DNA of 64,000 bases, taken from NCBI GenBank assembly GCA_009914755.4, contig CP086569.2, positions 256,001 to 320,000 on the forward strand, in the 5' to 3' direction. Shown here one piece after another: positions 48,340 through 64,000 of this stretch (its first letter is position 1; the number at the start of each line of letters is the position of its first letter). The stretch comes from the human T2T-CHM13v2.0 reference genome, Homo sapiens. The position numbers and the translations under genes are program-made. Under the pieces are notes generated by a model. That model searched no databases, was not told where the DNA came from, and worked only from the letters and a program-made list of their open reading frames with translations.

Positions 48340-50145
48340 TGTCCGCGTGTGTGTGTGCACGTGTGTCCACATGTGTGTGTGGTGTCTGCGTGCCTCTGTG
48401 TGTGTCCGTGTGTGCGCACGCGCCCGTGTGTGTGCATCTGTGTGTGGCGTCAGCATGTGTCTATGTGTGTCCATGTGTGTATGTATGTGTGCATGCATGC
48501 ACCTGTATGTGTGTCTGTGTGCATGCATGTGAGTGTATGTGTGTGTGTCTGAGTGTGAGCGTGCCTATGCACGTGTGTGTGTGCATGTTTCTGTGTGTGC
48601 ATACGCCCATATGTGTGTCTGTGTGCATGCGTGTGAGTGTGTGTGTATGTTAGTGTGAGGGTGGACGTGTGCCTATGCACCTATGTGTGTATGTGTTTCT
48701 GCATGTCTGTGCATGCATGCACCTGTATGCGTGTCTGAGTGCATGCGTGGGAGTGTATGTGCGTGTCTCAGTGTGGGCATGCCTATGCACATATGTGTGC
48801 ACATGTTTCTGTGTGCATATGCTTGCATGTGTGTGTGCATGCATGTGAGTGGATGTGTGTGTGAGTGTGGGCATGCCTATACACGTGTGTGTGTGCATGT
48901 TTCTGTGTGTCTGTATACGCCTGTGTCTTGAGTGTGTGAATGTGCCTATGGACATGTGTGTACATGTTTCTGCATGTCTGTGCATGCATATGCCTGTGTG
49001 TCTGTGTGCATGCGTGTGAGTGTGTGTGTATGTTAGTGTGTGGGTGGACGTGTGCCTATGCACCTATGTGTGTATGTGTTTCTGCATGTCTGTGCATGCA
49101 TGCACCTGTATGCGTGTCTGAGTGCATGCGTGGGAGTATGCGTGTCTCAGTGTGGGCATGCCTATGCACATATGTGTGCACATGTTTCTGTGTGCATATG
49201 CTTGCATGTGTGTGTGCATGCATGTGAGTGGATGTGTGTGTGAGTGTGGGCATGCCTATGCACGTGTGTGTGTGCATGTTTCTGTGTGTCTGTGTATACG
49301 CCTGTGTCTTGAGTGTGTGAATGTGCCTATGGACATGTGTGTACATGTTTCTGCATGTCTGTGCATGCATATGCCTGTGTGTCTCTGTGTGCATGCGTGT
49401 GAGTGTGTGTGTGTGTTAGTGTGAGGGTGGACGTGTGCCTATGCACCTATGTGTGTATGTGTTTCTGCATGTCTGTGCATGCATGCACCTGTATGCGTGT
49501 CTGAGTGCATGCGTGGGAGTGTATGTGCGTGTCTCAGTGTGGACATGCCTATGCACATATGTGTGCACATGTTTCTGTGTGCATATGCTTGCATGTGTGT
49601 GTGCGTGCATGTGAGTGGATGTGTGTGTGTGGGCATGCCTATGCACGTGTGTGTGTGCATGTTTCTGTGTGTCTGTATACGCCTGTGTCTTGAGTGTGTG
49701 AATGTGCCTATGGACATGTGTGTACATGTTTCTGCATGTCTGTGCATGCATATGCCTGTGTGTCTCTGTGTGTATGCGTGTGAGTGGCATTCATGTGTGT
49801 GTATTTGCGTGAGGTGGGCATGCCTATGCACGTATATGTGTACATGTTTCTGTATGTCTGTGCATGCATATGCCTGTATATGTGTCTGTGTGCACATGTG
49901 TTCATATATGTGTGTCTGTGTGAGTGTACATATGCCTATGTACGTACGTGTGTACGTTTCTGTGTATCTGTGTGTCTGTGCGTGCATCTGCCTGTATATG
50001 TGTCTGTGTGTGTGCAAATGTGTCTGTATGTGTGTGTCTGTGTGAATGTGGGTGTGCCTTGTACGTATGTGTGTACATGTTTCTGTGTATCTGTGTACCT
50101 GTGTGTGCATTCGCCTGCATGTCTGTGTGTGTGCATGCATGTCAG
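48340..50145. repeat. TG-rich complex tandem repeat (GTGTGCATGC-type) organised as a higher-order repeat of about 382 bp, about 4.7 copies
   Basis: gggtggacgtgtgcctatgcacctatgtgtgtatgtgtttctgcatgtctgtgcatgcatgcacctgtatgcgtgtctgagtgcatgcgtgggagt recurs at about 48660, about 49042 and about 49424. Track ORFs such as MCVCVSACLCMHAPVCVSECMRGS... are its translations. Confidence 0.9.
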
Positions 50146-50774
50146 TGAACGTTGGCGGTCCCTCCTCAGAGCCCCTCTTGCCTGAAGGAAGTGTCACCCC
50201 CAGCCCCCCTTTGCTTTGTTTTGCGTCTCGGGAGTGACGTCACTGTCGGCTCCGCAGGATCCTCCCATCCTTGTTCGTCCTGGGCTTGCGGGATGAGTCT
50301 GTCAGGAGCAGACACGCCGTGGTGGGCCGTGCACACGTTTGCACCTGCTCTCAGAAGTCCTTTCCCCGAGGAGGAGGCTCTGTTGGAGAGAGAGACCCTT
50401 GGGCACCTGTGGGCCCTCACTGCTCTCTTCTGAGACTGTGGTACCGGCCATCTCCAGCCCTGGCCCTGGCCCGGTGACTTCCCCAGGGCACCCCAGGGAT
50501 GTGCCAAAGGAGGACTCCCCGGGGAGGGTGGGTGAGGTGCGTGCCCGCCGTGCCGAGACGCTCCTGAAGGCAGAGGCTGCTCAGGAAAGTCGGCTGCTTC
50601 CTAATCTCCGTCCGTGCTCACGCAAAGTCCTCGGTCGCCGTCTGCCACACGCTTATTTTATTTGGCAGAAGTTACAGCTCAGGCAATTTCGTTAGGAAAC
50701 CTGTTGGGGTTTCTTGGTTCTATGCAGGATGGCTGGTGCTTTAGGAGGAGGTGGGGATTAGAAAGAGTCTTGAG

Positions 50775-51200
<426 letters not shown>

Positions 51201-51731
51201 AGGTTGCAAGATTCTGTCTCGGAAAAAAAAAAAAGAAAATATGATCCATCTGTAACATTGAATGCTACACAGCCATGAAAAAGAATCAAATCATGTCCTT
51301 TGCAGAAATACGGATGCAGCTGGAGGCGCTTCTTCTTCTTCTTCTTTTTTTTTTTTTTAGACGGATTCTCACTCTGTCGCCCAGGCTGGAGTGCAGTGGC
51401 GCGGTCTCGGCTCACTGCAAGCTCCGCCTCCTTGGTTCACGCCATTCTCTTGCCTCAGTGGAGGCCCACATAAGAGGGAGCTAAAATTGGGTACAAATAG
51501 TCATAGAAATGGGAACAATAGATGCTGGCGTCTGCTAGACGGGGGAGGGAAGGATGGAGGCAAAGGCGGAAAAATCATACGTTGGGTCCCATGCTCAGTA
51601 CTTGGATGGCACAATCCTTCATGCCCCAAACTTCAGCATCACACATTATACTCAAGCAACAAATGTGCACATGAGCCTCCTGAATCCGAAATAAAAGTTG
51701 CCATGATTTAAAAAAGAAATAAAGATGATGA

Positions 51732-52711
<980 letters not shown>

Positions 52712-52879
52712 TAGCAGCCACCCGTCTGGGTCCCCACAGTGTTTGGGGAAAGGGATTTGGGGGTGTGGTACGCCCTGTGTTCCCCGGCGGGCAGCTGGGG
52801 CCGGACTCCCTTCCCGACATCCTGTGTGTTCTCTGCATCTCGAAGTTGTCACGAACTCTCATGGCAACCCCCTTCTCGT

Positions 52880-53180
52880 GCTATGGGTTCCGTTTAGCCT
52901 CCCTCAGAATTAGCTAAAAACCCACCGGCTTGATTTCTGGCATTTGCAACGGCCGCGCTCAGGAAACCTCCTGCCTCCTGAAAATGCTCATGCTGGCGGA
53001 ACGGGAAGGCAAATAGGAATCCGTGGATGATAAATGGGCGTTTTAAGCAGCAGTTTACTTAATATCCCTATTAAACGAGACTCTTTGCATTAATCACTTC
53101 ATTCTCCAGCAGTCTATAAGGCCCTTTAATTGCTTCTTAAATGAGGACTGAGTTTCCGTCCAAACTCAATCTTGGATGGG
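52880..53180. promoter_or_regulatory. Candidate conserved non-coding element
   Basis: A unique island between Alus: ggatgataaatgggcgttttaagcagcagtttacttaatatccctattaaacgagactctttgcattaatcacttcattctccagcag. CpGs are retained in an AT context (ggccgcgctc, gcggaacggg, aaacgagac). Confidence 0.3.
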
Positions 53181-53304
53181 GAGAGAGAGATGCTAGCCAG
53201 GGCTCAGCTGCCCGGCTGCCAAGAACTGTCAGAATTGATCACGTATGTGTTCACGTTTCCTACAGTCTCATTGGAGTTCTCTGAGATTGACAGGAGAAAG
53301 TATC

Positions 53305-53345
53305 ACATACTTTGTGTGTGTGTGTGTGTGTGTGTCTGTGTGTGT
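53305..53345. repeat. (GT)n microsatellite
   Basis: gtgtgtgtgtgtgtgtgtgtgtctgtgtgtgtc. Confidence 0.95.
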
Positions 53346-53472
53346 CAGAGACAGAGGGACACAGAGGCCGGGAGCAGGGGTGTGTAAGTGTGAGGTTCTG
53401 AACGCAAAGACAGGCCGTTCTGCTCACAATCCACAGGCCAGCGACCTTGTGGACCATTGCATTATGTATTAG

Positions 53473-54567
<1,095 letters not shown>

Positions 54568-54665
54568 TAGTTATTCAAACCTAGGGCTAAAAATGATGTG
54601 GCTGCTGGGGTGACCTTTGGGGTAGGATCGGGAATTGGGGTGTAGCCCTCCTCCAGGCTCCATAG

Positions 54666-56205
<1,540 letters not shown>

Positions 56206-56689
56206 TCACGTTTGTAGGAGCACACACATGGAAACCATCCAGGTGTCCCTCAGTGGATGAATCGATAAACAAACAGTGGTTCACTCACTTTGTGCCCACC
56301 CAGTGGAGTACTATACAGCCATGAAAAAGAATGAGGCTGTGACCTAGGCTGCAACGTGGATACACCCTGAAGAAGTCACACTCAGCGATATTTCCTTTGG
56401 CTTATTGTACAATCCCCTTACGTCAACTGTCCGGAAGCGGCCAATGCACAGAGAGAGAGCTCAGATGAGTGGTTGCCACAGGCTGTGGGGAGGGAATGAG
56501 GAGGAACTGCTTCCTGGGGAGGGGGTCTCCTTTTATGGGGAGAAGGATGTTCTGGAAGTAGACAGAGGGGGTGGTTACACGGCGCAGTGATGTTCTCAAT
56601 GCCACTGAGATTTTCACGGCGGTTAAAGTGGTGAGTTTTATGTTGTGAAATTTATGGTGAATTTCATATAATACGTTTTATGTCATTGC

Positions 56690-56900
56690 AGTGAAAAACA
56701 ACACAATCCCGGCCCTCCTACGGCCCCCGCCTTCCCTCTGTGTCTGCGGTCTGTACCCTACGAACGCCTAGGACGCTAGACGGGATCCCTCCCCACGGAG
56801 CTATATAGGAAGGTGAACCCAGTCTGGGGTTCCTGAGCTGCTACGGCTCACTGCTTCCTTTCGGAAATTGGTGTATTGTCTTTGGAAAATGACTTCACAC
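56690..56900 (+). promoter_or_regulatory. Candidate TATA-type promoter (tatatagg at about 56803) in a unique CpG-retaining island
   Basis: ctacgaacgcctaggacgctagacgggatccctccccacggagctatataggaaggtgaacccagtctggggttcctgagctgctacggctcactgcttcctttcggaaattgg. A TATA-like box has CpG-rich flanks. No downstream ORF is identified. Confidence 0.2.
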
Positions 56901-56965
56901 AAACCTGCTCACAGATATACCCGGTCCCAGATATGCCTAAGTGAGCGGAGACTACCGTGTCCTGA

Positions 56966-57650
<685 letters not shown>

Positions 57651-57694
57651 TGTTTTTGAGACAAGGTCTGAAATAACAACTATCTGTAAAAAAA

Positions 57695-57860
57695 AAATAT
57701 ATATATATATATATGGTTTTAATGTTATATATATAAGGTTTTAATGTTATATATAAATGTTTTATATTTATATATGACATATATAACATTTTAATGCTAT
57801 ATACATATAATGTTTTAATGTTATATATACATACAAATATATAAATATATATATTTTTAA
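57695..57860. repeat. AT-rich minisatellite: (TA)n plus about 25-bp units ggttttaatgttatatata
   Basis: aaaaaaaatatatatatatatatatggttttaatgttatatatataaggttttaatgttatatataaatgttttatatttatatatgacatatataacattttaatgctatatacatataatgttttaatgttatatatac. Confidence 0.9.
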
Positions 57861-58399
57861 ACAGGGTCTTGCTCTGTCACCTGGGCTGGAGTACCCTGGT
57901 GTGATCACAGCTCACGGTTGCTTCGACCTCCTGGTCTCCAGCGATCCTCCTGTCTCAGCCTCCCCAAAATGCTGGGATTACAGGTGTGAGCCGCCGCTCC
58001 TGGCCAGCACCTTCTCTTATGCGGTACCTGGAAAGTCCCACATCATGCGAACGTCTCCACCAGGTACCCGGGAGGTGGCATTCGGGGAATGAGGGGGACC
58101 AGGGCTCAGAGCATCCCCAAAGTGGCTTCCTTGCCTCATAGGGTCACCCCCTTAGCCCAGAGCTGGAGGTGAGTGGGGGCGTGAAAGAGGCATCTTCCCT
58201 TCCAGAGGGCGGCAGTGGGGTTGAATGGATAACTTTAATCCTGACACACGTATTTCAGAAGACCTACCGCCAACTTTCCAGCTATGGGCAGCAGGTGTGA
58301 TGAACACACGGGCCCCGGTGAGGGCTGAATGGGCCCAGATGGCAGGGGCAGAGAGGTTTGCATTCATTTTAATGTTCTCAGAAACTAGGATAAGCACTG

Positions 58400-59160
58400 G
58401 CAGCGGATGGAATGAGGAGAGCTGCATATTCGGTGAACTGTGTTGAAAGCACAGGGTTTTCACGGAAAATAAATAATGTCCAATGCAGCTAAAATACCGT
58501 GCGCCACCCGTAAGCCGGCGTTTATCCAGAGCTCCGAGTGTCTGTGAGATTTTAAGGAAAAGAAAGGAAGCTGGAAAAAAAAATAATAATCCAAATGAAT
58601 CACAGACCAACGATCCCTAAAAGGTTTGCTTTAATAATTTTTTTTTTTTTTTTTTTGTGGCTGTGGAAGATGACTCGGATTCAAAATAATGAGGATGTTT
58701 ATGTCTGCAGTCTGTTCCTCTCTTGAAGATTCAATTCTAAATAATGCAGGTCTCCTAAATGCTAGCAAATAGTGTCATACACTCCTTTTCACAAAATAGC
58801 TTTGACTTTGGGGAAGGCAACTATCATTAACTGGGCACCGGCACCTTTAAGCAAAGGTTTCCTGGAATAACAGTCAGCTAAGGAAATATAATGAGAGCTA
58901 TTTCTTGCCCTTCCTGCTCGAAACCGTTGGCTGGAACTCAGCCTGCCCCTCAGCTGAAGCACGTCTGGTTTAAATTCATACGGCATAGATTTACAATTTT
59001 TAAACGACTGGATATGTATTTTTTTTTTTCTACGCTGTTTGCAGACCTGGTGGACACCTGTTGTTTCTGGTTAGGAAAGGAGGAGATAATTGGATACCAG
59101 AGAGAGCCTGACTTCTTGAGCCACCATTTAACCGGCTGATTTCAGCAATAAATTGGAGGG
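58400..59160. promoter_or_regulatory. Candidate conserved non-coding elements (two unique islands at 58400-58620 and 58780-59160)
   Basis: ggaaaataaataatgtccaatgcagctaaaataccgtgcgccacccgtaagccggcgtttatccagagctccgagtgtctgtgag ; ggcaactatcattaactgggcaccggcacctttaagcaaaggtttcctggaataacagtcagctaaggaaatataatgagagctatttcttgcc. These are AT-rich and repeat-free with retained CpGs. Confidence 0.3.
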
Positions 59161-59384
59161 GGGCGGGGATGGGGAAAAAATAACACCCAAGAAACATTCA
59201 GACAGATTTGCAACCACAAAGTCTGTCTCCTTTATTATTTTAATTTTATTATTATTATTACTTTTGCTTTGTTTAACATAAAAACGATCTAGGCGAGTCC
59301 TTCTGGGCTGATGTGTATGTGCTTTTTCCTGCCTGGCTATACTGTAGCTTTATCTAAGGCAAATCGGAGTACGTGTAAATAAAT

Positions 59385-60025
59385 TAGTTCAACCATTGTG
59401 GAAGACAGCGTGGCGATTCCTCAAGGATGTAGAACTAGAAATACCGTTTGACCCAGCCATCCCGTTACTGGGTATATACCCAAAGGATTATAAATCACTC
59501 TACCATAAAGACACATGCACACGTATGTTTATTGAGGCACTGTTCACAACAGCAAAGACTTGGAACCAACCCAAATGCCCATCAATGATAGACTGGATAC
59601 AGAGAATGTGGCACACAGACACCATGGAATACTATGCAGCCACGAAAAAGGATGGGTTCATGTCCTTTGCAGGGACATGGATGAAGCTGGAAACCATCAT
59701 TCTCAGCAAACTCGCACAGGAACAGAAAACCACACACCGCATGTTCTCACTCCTAAGTGGGAGCTGAACGATGAGAACACAGGGACGCAGGGAGGGGAAC
59801 ATCACACACCGGGGCCTGTCAGTGGGTTGCGGGCCAAGGAGTGGGATTGCATTAGGATGCTATCCTAATGCTAACAAATATCTAATCCATCCAGGGCTTA
59901 ACACCTAGATGACGGGTTAATGGGTGCAGCAAACCACCATGAAACATGCACACCTGCGTAACAAGCCTGCACATTCTGCACGTGTATCCCAGAACTTTAA
60001 GATAAAATGTAAAAAAAAAAAGTAA
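59385..60025 (+). mobile_element. L1 3'-end fragment (ORF2 C-terminus plus 3'UTR), sense, with poly-A tail at 60013-60024
   Basis: agttcaaccattgtggaagacagcgtggcgattcctcaaggatgtagaactagaaataccgtttgacccagccatcccgttactgggtatatacccaaaggattataaatcac... Track ORF 59396..59767 gives the ORF2p C-terminal peptides ...TAKTWNQPKCPSMIDWIQRMWHTDTMEYYAATKKDGFMSFAGTWMKLETIILSKLAQEQKTTHRMFSLLSGS. Confidence 0.9.
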
Positions 60026-60316
60026 ATTGTCTTAAACACACTTTTCCCTGTAGCGTATTAAAATGCGTCGGTTACTGCTTATTAAAAATGTAGGATTTTG
60101 AGGATCATTTTTTTTCCTCAAGCACAGAGAGGGCGTTGCTATATTTTCTGATCCAAACTGGGGTATTTTTGAAGGCGAGGAGGAATATCTCACTACCCAG
60201 GTACCCAGGAGCAAAGTGGCCGGGGCTCTGAGACGGCTTGGAGACCCGTTCCACAGACCTTCGTTTTGGGAGTGGCCGGTTTCCCACACTGTTGGGGTCG
60301 ATGGACAAATGCCTCA

Positions 60317-60780
<464 letters not shown>

Positions 60781-61019
60781 TAAAATGAGGTGGGTGAGGT
60801 GACTTGTGCTCATAGTCCTAGCTAGTTGGGAGCCTGACTGGAAGAATCTCTTGAACCTGGACAACATAGCAAGACCCCATCTCAACAAAAAATACAAAAT
60901 ACAAAACATTATAATAAATAAAGCAAAGATGATGACTCTGAACAGGGTTTTTGAGTTCTCAGAGATTCGGGGTTCTCCCAGCTGGACTGCACCCCAGTGA
61001 CCATTTTTAAGGCCCTGCC

Positions 61020-61460
61020 ACGTGGACGAGGATCTGTATTCGGTTCTGCGTCTCATCCTGGACGGAGCTGTCAACATGCCAACATCCGTTTCACATTTCA
61101 GCCTTAACGACGCCTTTAAAACATGCACAAGTCGTTTTGTGCAAAAATAAAATAAGTACTCGAAAATGCATTCAATTATCCTTTTGTAAAATGAAATCGT
61201 GCCGGGGTTTTGACAGGTAAATAGATGGGTCTTATTACGCCGGGGATTACGGGTGGAGGTTATTTAGTATTCGTATTTTATGGTGGTGTTGGAGTCTGCA
61301 GAGGACTGGACGTCCTGTTGCTTCATTTCCAGCATCGATTCTTAGATAAGGGACCTCCTCTGAATAATTAATATACTCCTGGTGATAGATGATCCGCACG
61401 GTCTGGATATTAGGTTATCAATCACGACCCACTTGTTTTAACGTAATCCTATTGAACACG
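61020..61460. promoter_or_regulatory. Candidate conserved non-coding element, unusually CpG-retaining for AT-rich DNA
   Basis: ttaacgacgcctttaaaacatgcacaagtcgttttgtgc...aaatcgtgccggggttttgacaggtaaatagatgggtcttattacgccggggattacgggtgg...agcatcgattcttagataagg...gatgatccgcacggtctggatattaggttatcaatcacgacccacttgttttaacgtaatcctattgaacacgtgtcagg. Confidence 0.3.
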
Positions 61461-61494
61461 TGTCAGGAGCTGTTTACCCAGAGGTGACAGCTAC

Positions 61495-61625
61495 ACAGCA
61501 CCCCCATTTCCAGCCAGAAAATCGTACCATTTCCTTTCCTTCGACTGCCGCTTCCCGACCCCTTTCCCCGTTTCCGGCCAGAAAATCGTACCATTTCCTT
61601 TCCTTAACCTGCCGCTTCCTGACAC
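61495..61625. repeat. Tandem duplication, 2 copies of an about 62-bp unit
   Basis: ccagccagaaaatcgtaccatttcctttccttcgactgccgcttcccgacccctttcccc, then gtttccggccagaaaatcgtaccatttcctttccttaacctgccgcttcctgacactttcccc. Confidence 0.9.
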
Positions 61626-61639
61626 TTTCCCCCCAGTGT

Positions 61640-62650
<1,011 letters not shown>

Positions 62651-63104
62651 CCACAGTGTTTATCTTTCTGTGTCTGGCTTCGTCACTGCTCCAAGACTCA
62701 CGTTTGTTGTAGCAAGCGCCAAATTTTCTTCCTTTTGGCTGGCTTATGAGGATTTTAGGAGGGACTTCAGTCTCCCAGTTTGTTATTTATTTTCTACGTG
62801 CTTTCTACGTCACGCGTTTCCTGTGTTTCTGTCCTCTTGTGTGTTTCATTGATTTATTTTTATTTTTGTAGACACGAAGTCTTGCTCTGTCACCCAGTGA
62901 GACTCCAACTCCTGGGCTCAAGCAATCCTCCTGCCTCAGCCTCCCGAGTAGCTGGGAGCACAGGCATGCACCACCACGCCTGGCTAATTTTTTTTTTTTT
63001 TTTTTTTTTGGTAGGGACAGGCTCCTGGGGAAGAGGGGGAAGGAAAGGAGTGGTCTTGGGCCCTGTATTGTAGGAGTTTCTGGGCTTCTAACAACAGCAA
63101 CTTG

Positions 63105-64000
63105 TTTTCTCCCAGTCCCGGTGTCCAGGAGTCTGAGATCAAGGTGTAGGCAGGACCACAGTCCCTCCAGAGGTTCTAGGGGAGGGTCCTTCCTGCCTCT
63201 CCCAGCTCCCGGGGGCTCCAGGCTTCCTGGGCTTGTGGCCGCGTCACTCCAGTCTCTGCCTCCGTTCTCCACGTGGCCTTCTTCTCTGTGTCTGTGTCTT
63301 CTCTTCTGTCTCTTACAAGGACACCTGCCATTGCATTTAGGGCCCAGCCTACTCCAGGATGACCTCATCTCAAACTTCTTGAGTTAACTGTGTCTGCAAA
63401 GACCCTATTTTCAAATAAGTTCTCATTCACAGATACTGGGAGCTTAAAACAACAGAAATTTATCCTCTCCCAGTCCTGCAGACCAGGAGTCTGAGATGAA
63501 GCGGTCTCAGGGCTGAGCTCCCTCCAGAGGCCCTAGGGGAGGGTCCTTCCTGCCTCTCCCAGCTCCTGGGGGCTCCAGGCTTCCTGGGCTTGTGGCCGCA
63601 TCACTCCAGTCTCTGCCTCTGTTCTCCACGTGGCCTTCTCCTCTGTGTCTGTGTCTCCTCTTCTGTCTCTTAGAAGGACACCTGTCAATGGATTTAGGAC
63701 TCACCTAATCCAGGATCATCTCATTTCGAAATCCTTGACTTAGTTACATCTGTAAAGACCTCATATCCGAATAAGATTCCATTCATGGGTTGAGGGAGTT
63801 AGGATGTAGACATAGCTTTTCGGGGAGACTATGGTTCAACCCATTCCGATTGTATCCAGTTCCTTCTGGAGGTTCTAGGGGAGGGTCCTTCCTGCCTCTC
63901 CCAGCTCCTGGGGGCTCCAGGCATCCCTGGGCTTGTGGCCGCCTCACTCCAGTCTCTGCCTCCGTCTCCACGTGGACTTCTCCTCTGTGTCTGTGTCTCC
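63105..64000 (+). repeat. Tandem triplication (period about 380 bp; copies starting at about 63105, about 63468 and about 63850) of a fragment of an old interspersed repeat. The array runs off the window end.
   Basis: tcccagtcc.g..g.ccaggagtctgagat.aag...cctccagagg..ctaggggagggtccttcctgcctctcccagctcc.gggggctccaggc.tcctgggcttgtggccgc.tcactccagtctctgcctc.gt.ctccacgtgg.cttct.ctctgtgtctgtgtct.c is present three times. Confidence 0.9.

Overview
This window is not a prokaryotic or gene-dense locus. It is human (primate) genomic DNA dominated by interspersed and tandem repeats. About half or more of the 64 kb is Alu SINE sequence: roughly 70 full or partial copies on both strands. Each has the diagnostic GGCCGGGCGCGGTGGCTCACGCCTGTAATCCCAGCACTTTGGGAGGC, its reverse complement GCCTCCCAAAGTGCTGGGATTACAGGCGTGAGCCACCGCGCCCGGCC, and poly-A/poly-T tails. 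There are three L1 3'-end fragments. The window also holds an unusual number of minisatellite, satellite-like and higher-order tandem arrays. These include a 65-bp VNTR, a 20-bp CpG-rich minisatellite, a 166-bp satellite with a 496-bp higher-order period, a 3.9-kb 41-bp VNTR of about 95 units, GATA/TATC-type arrays, TG-rich and CA-rich complex repeats, a GA-rich tract, and several Alu-derived tandem arrays. I found no supportable protein-coding gene, rRNA/tRNA, CRISPR array or defence/biosynthetic system. Essentially every long ORF in the six-frame track translates a stop-free tandem repeat or low-complexity tract. The most interesting structures are listed below. First, a modular repeat family (pre-junction + junction + GATA array) occurs three times in direct orientation at 38.6-44.8 kb and in inverted orientation at 14.4-19.3 kb; there its 41-bp pre-junction segment has been amplified about 95-fold. 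Second, a direct duplication (8.47-9.14 kb and 12.34-12.93 kb) brackets a VNTR-rich core. Third, several Alu-internal tandem amplifications are present. Fourth, a handful of AT-rich, CpG-retaining unique islands look like conserved non-coding regulatory elements or promoters. I cannot assign the chromosomal locus from sequence alone. Coordinates of repeat boundaries are read by eye and are approximate to about 10 bp.
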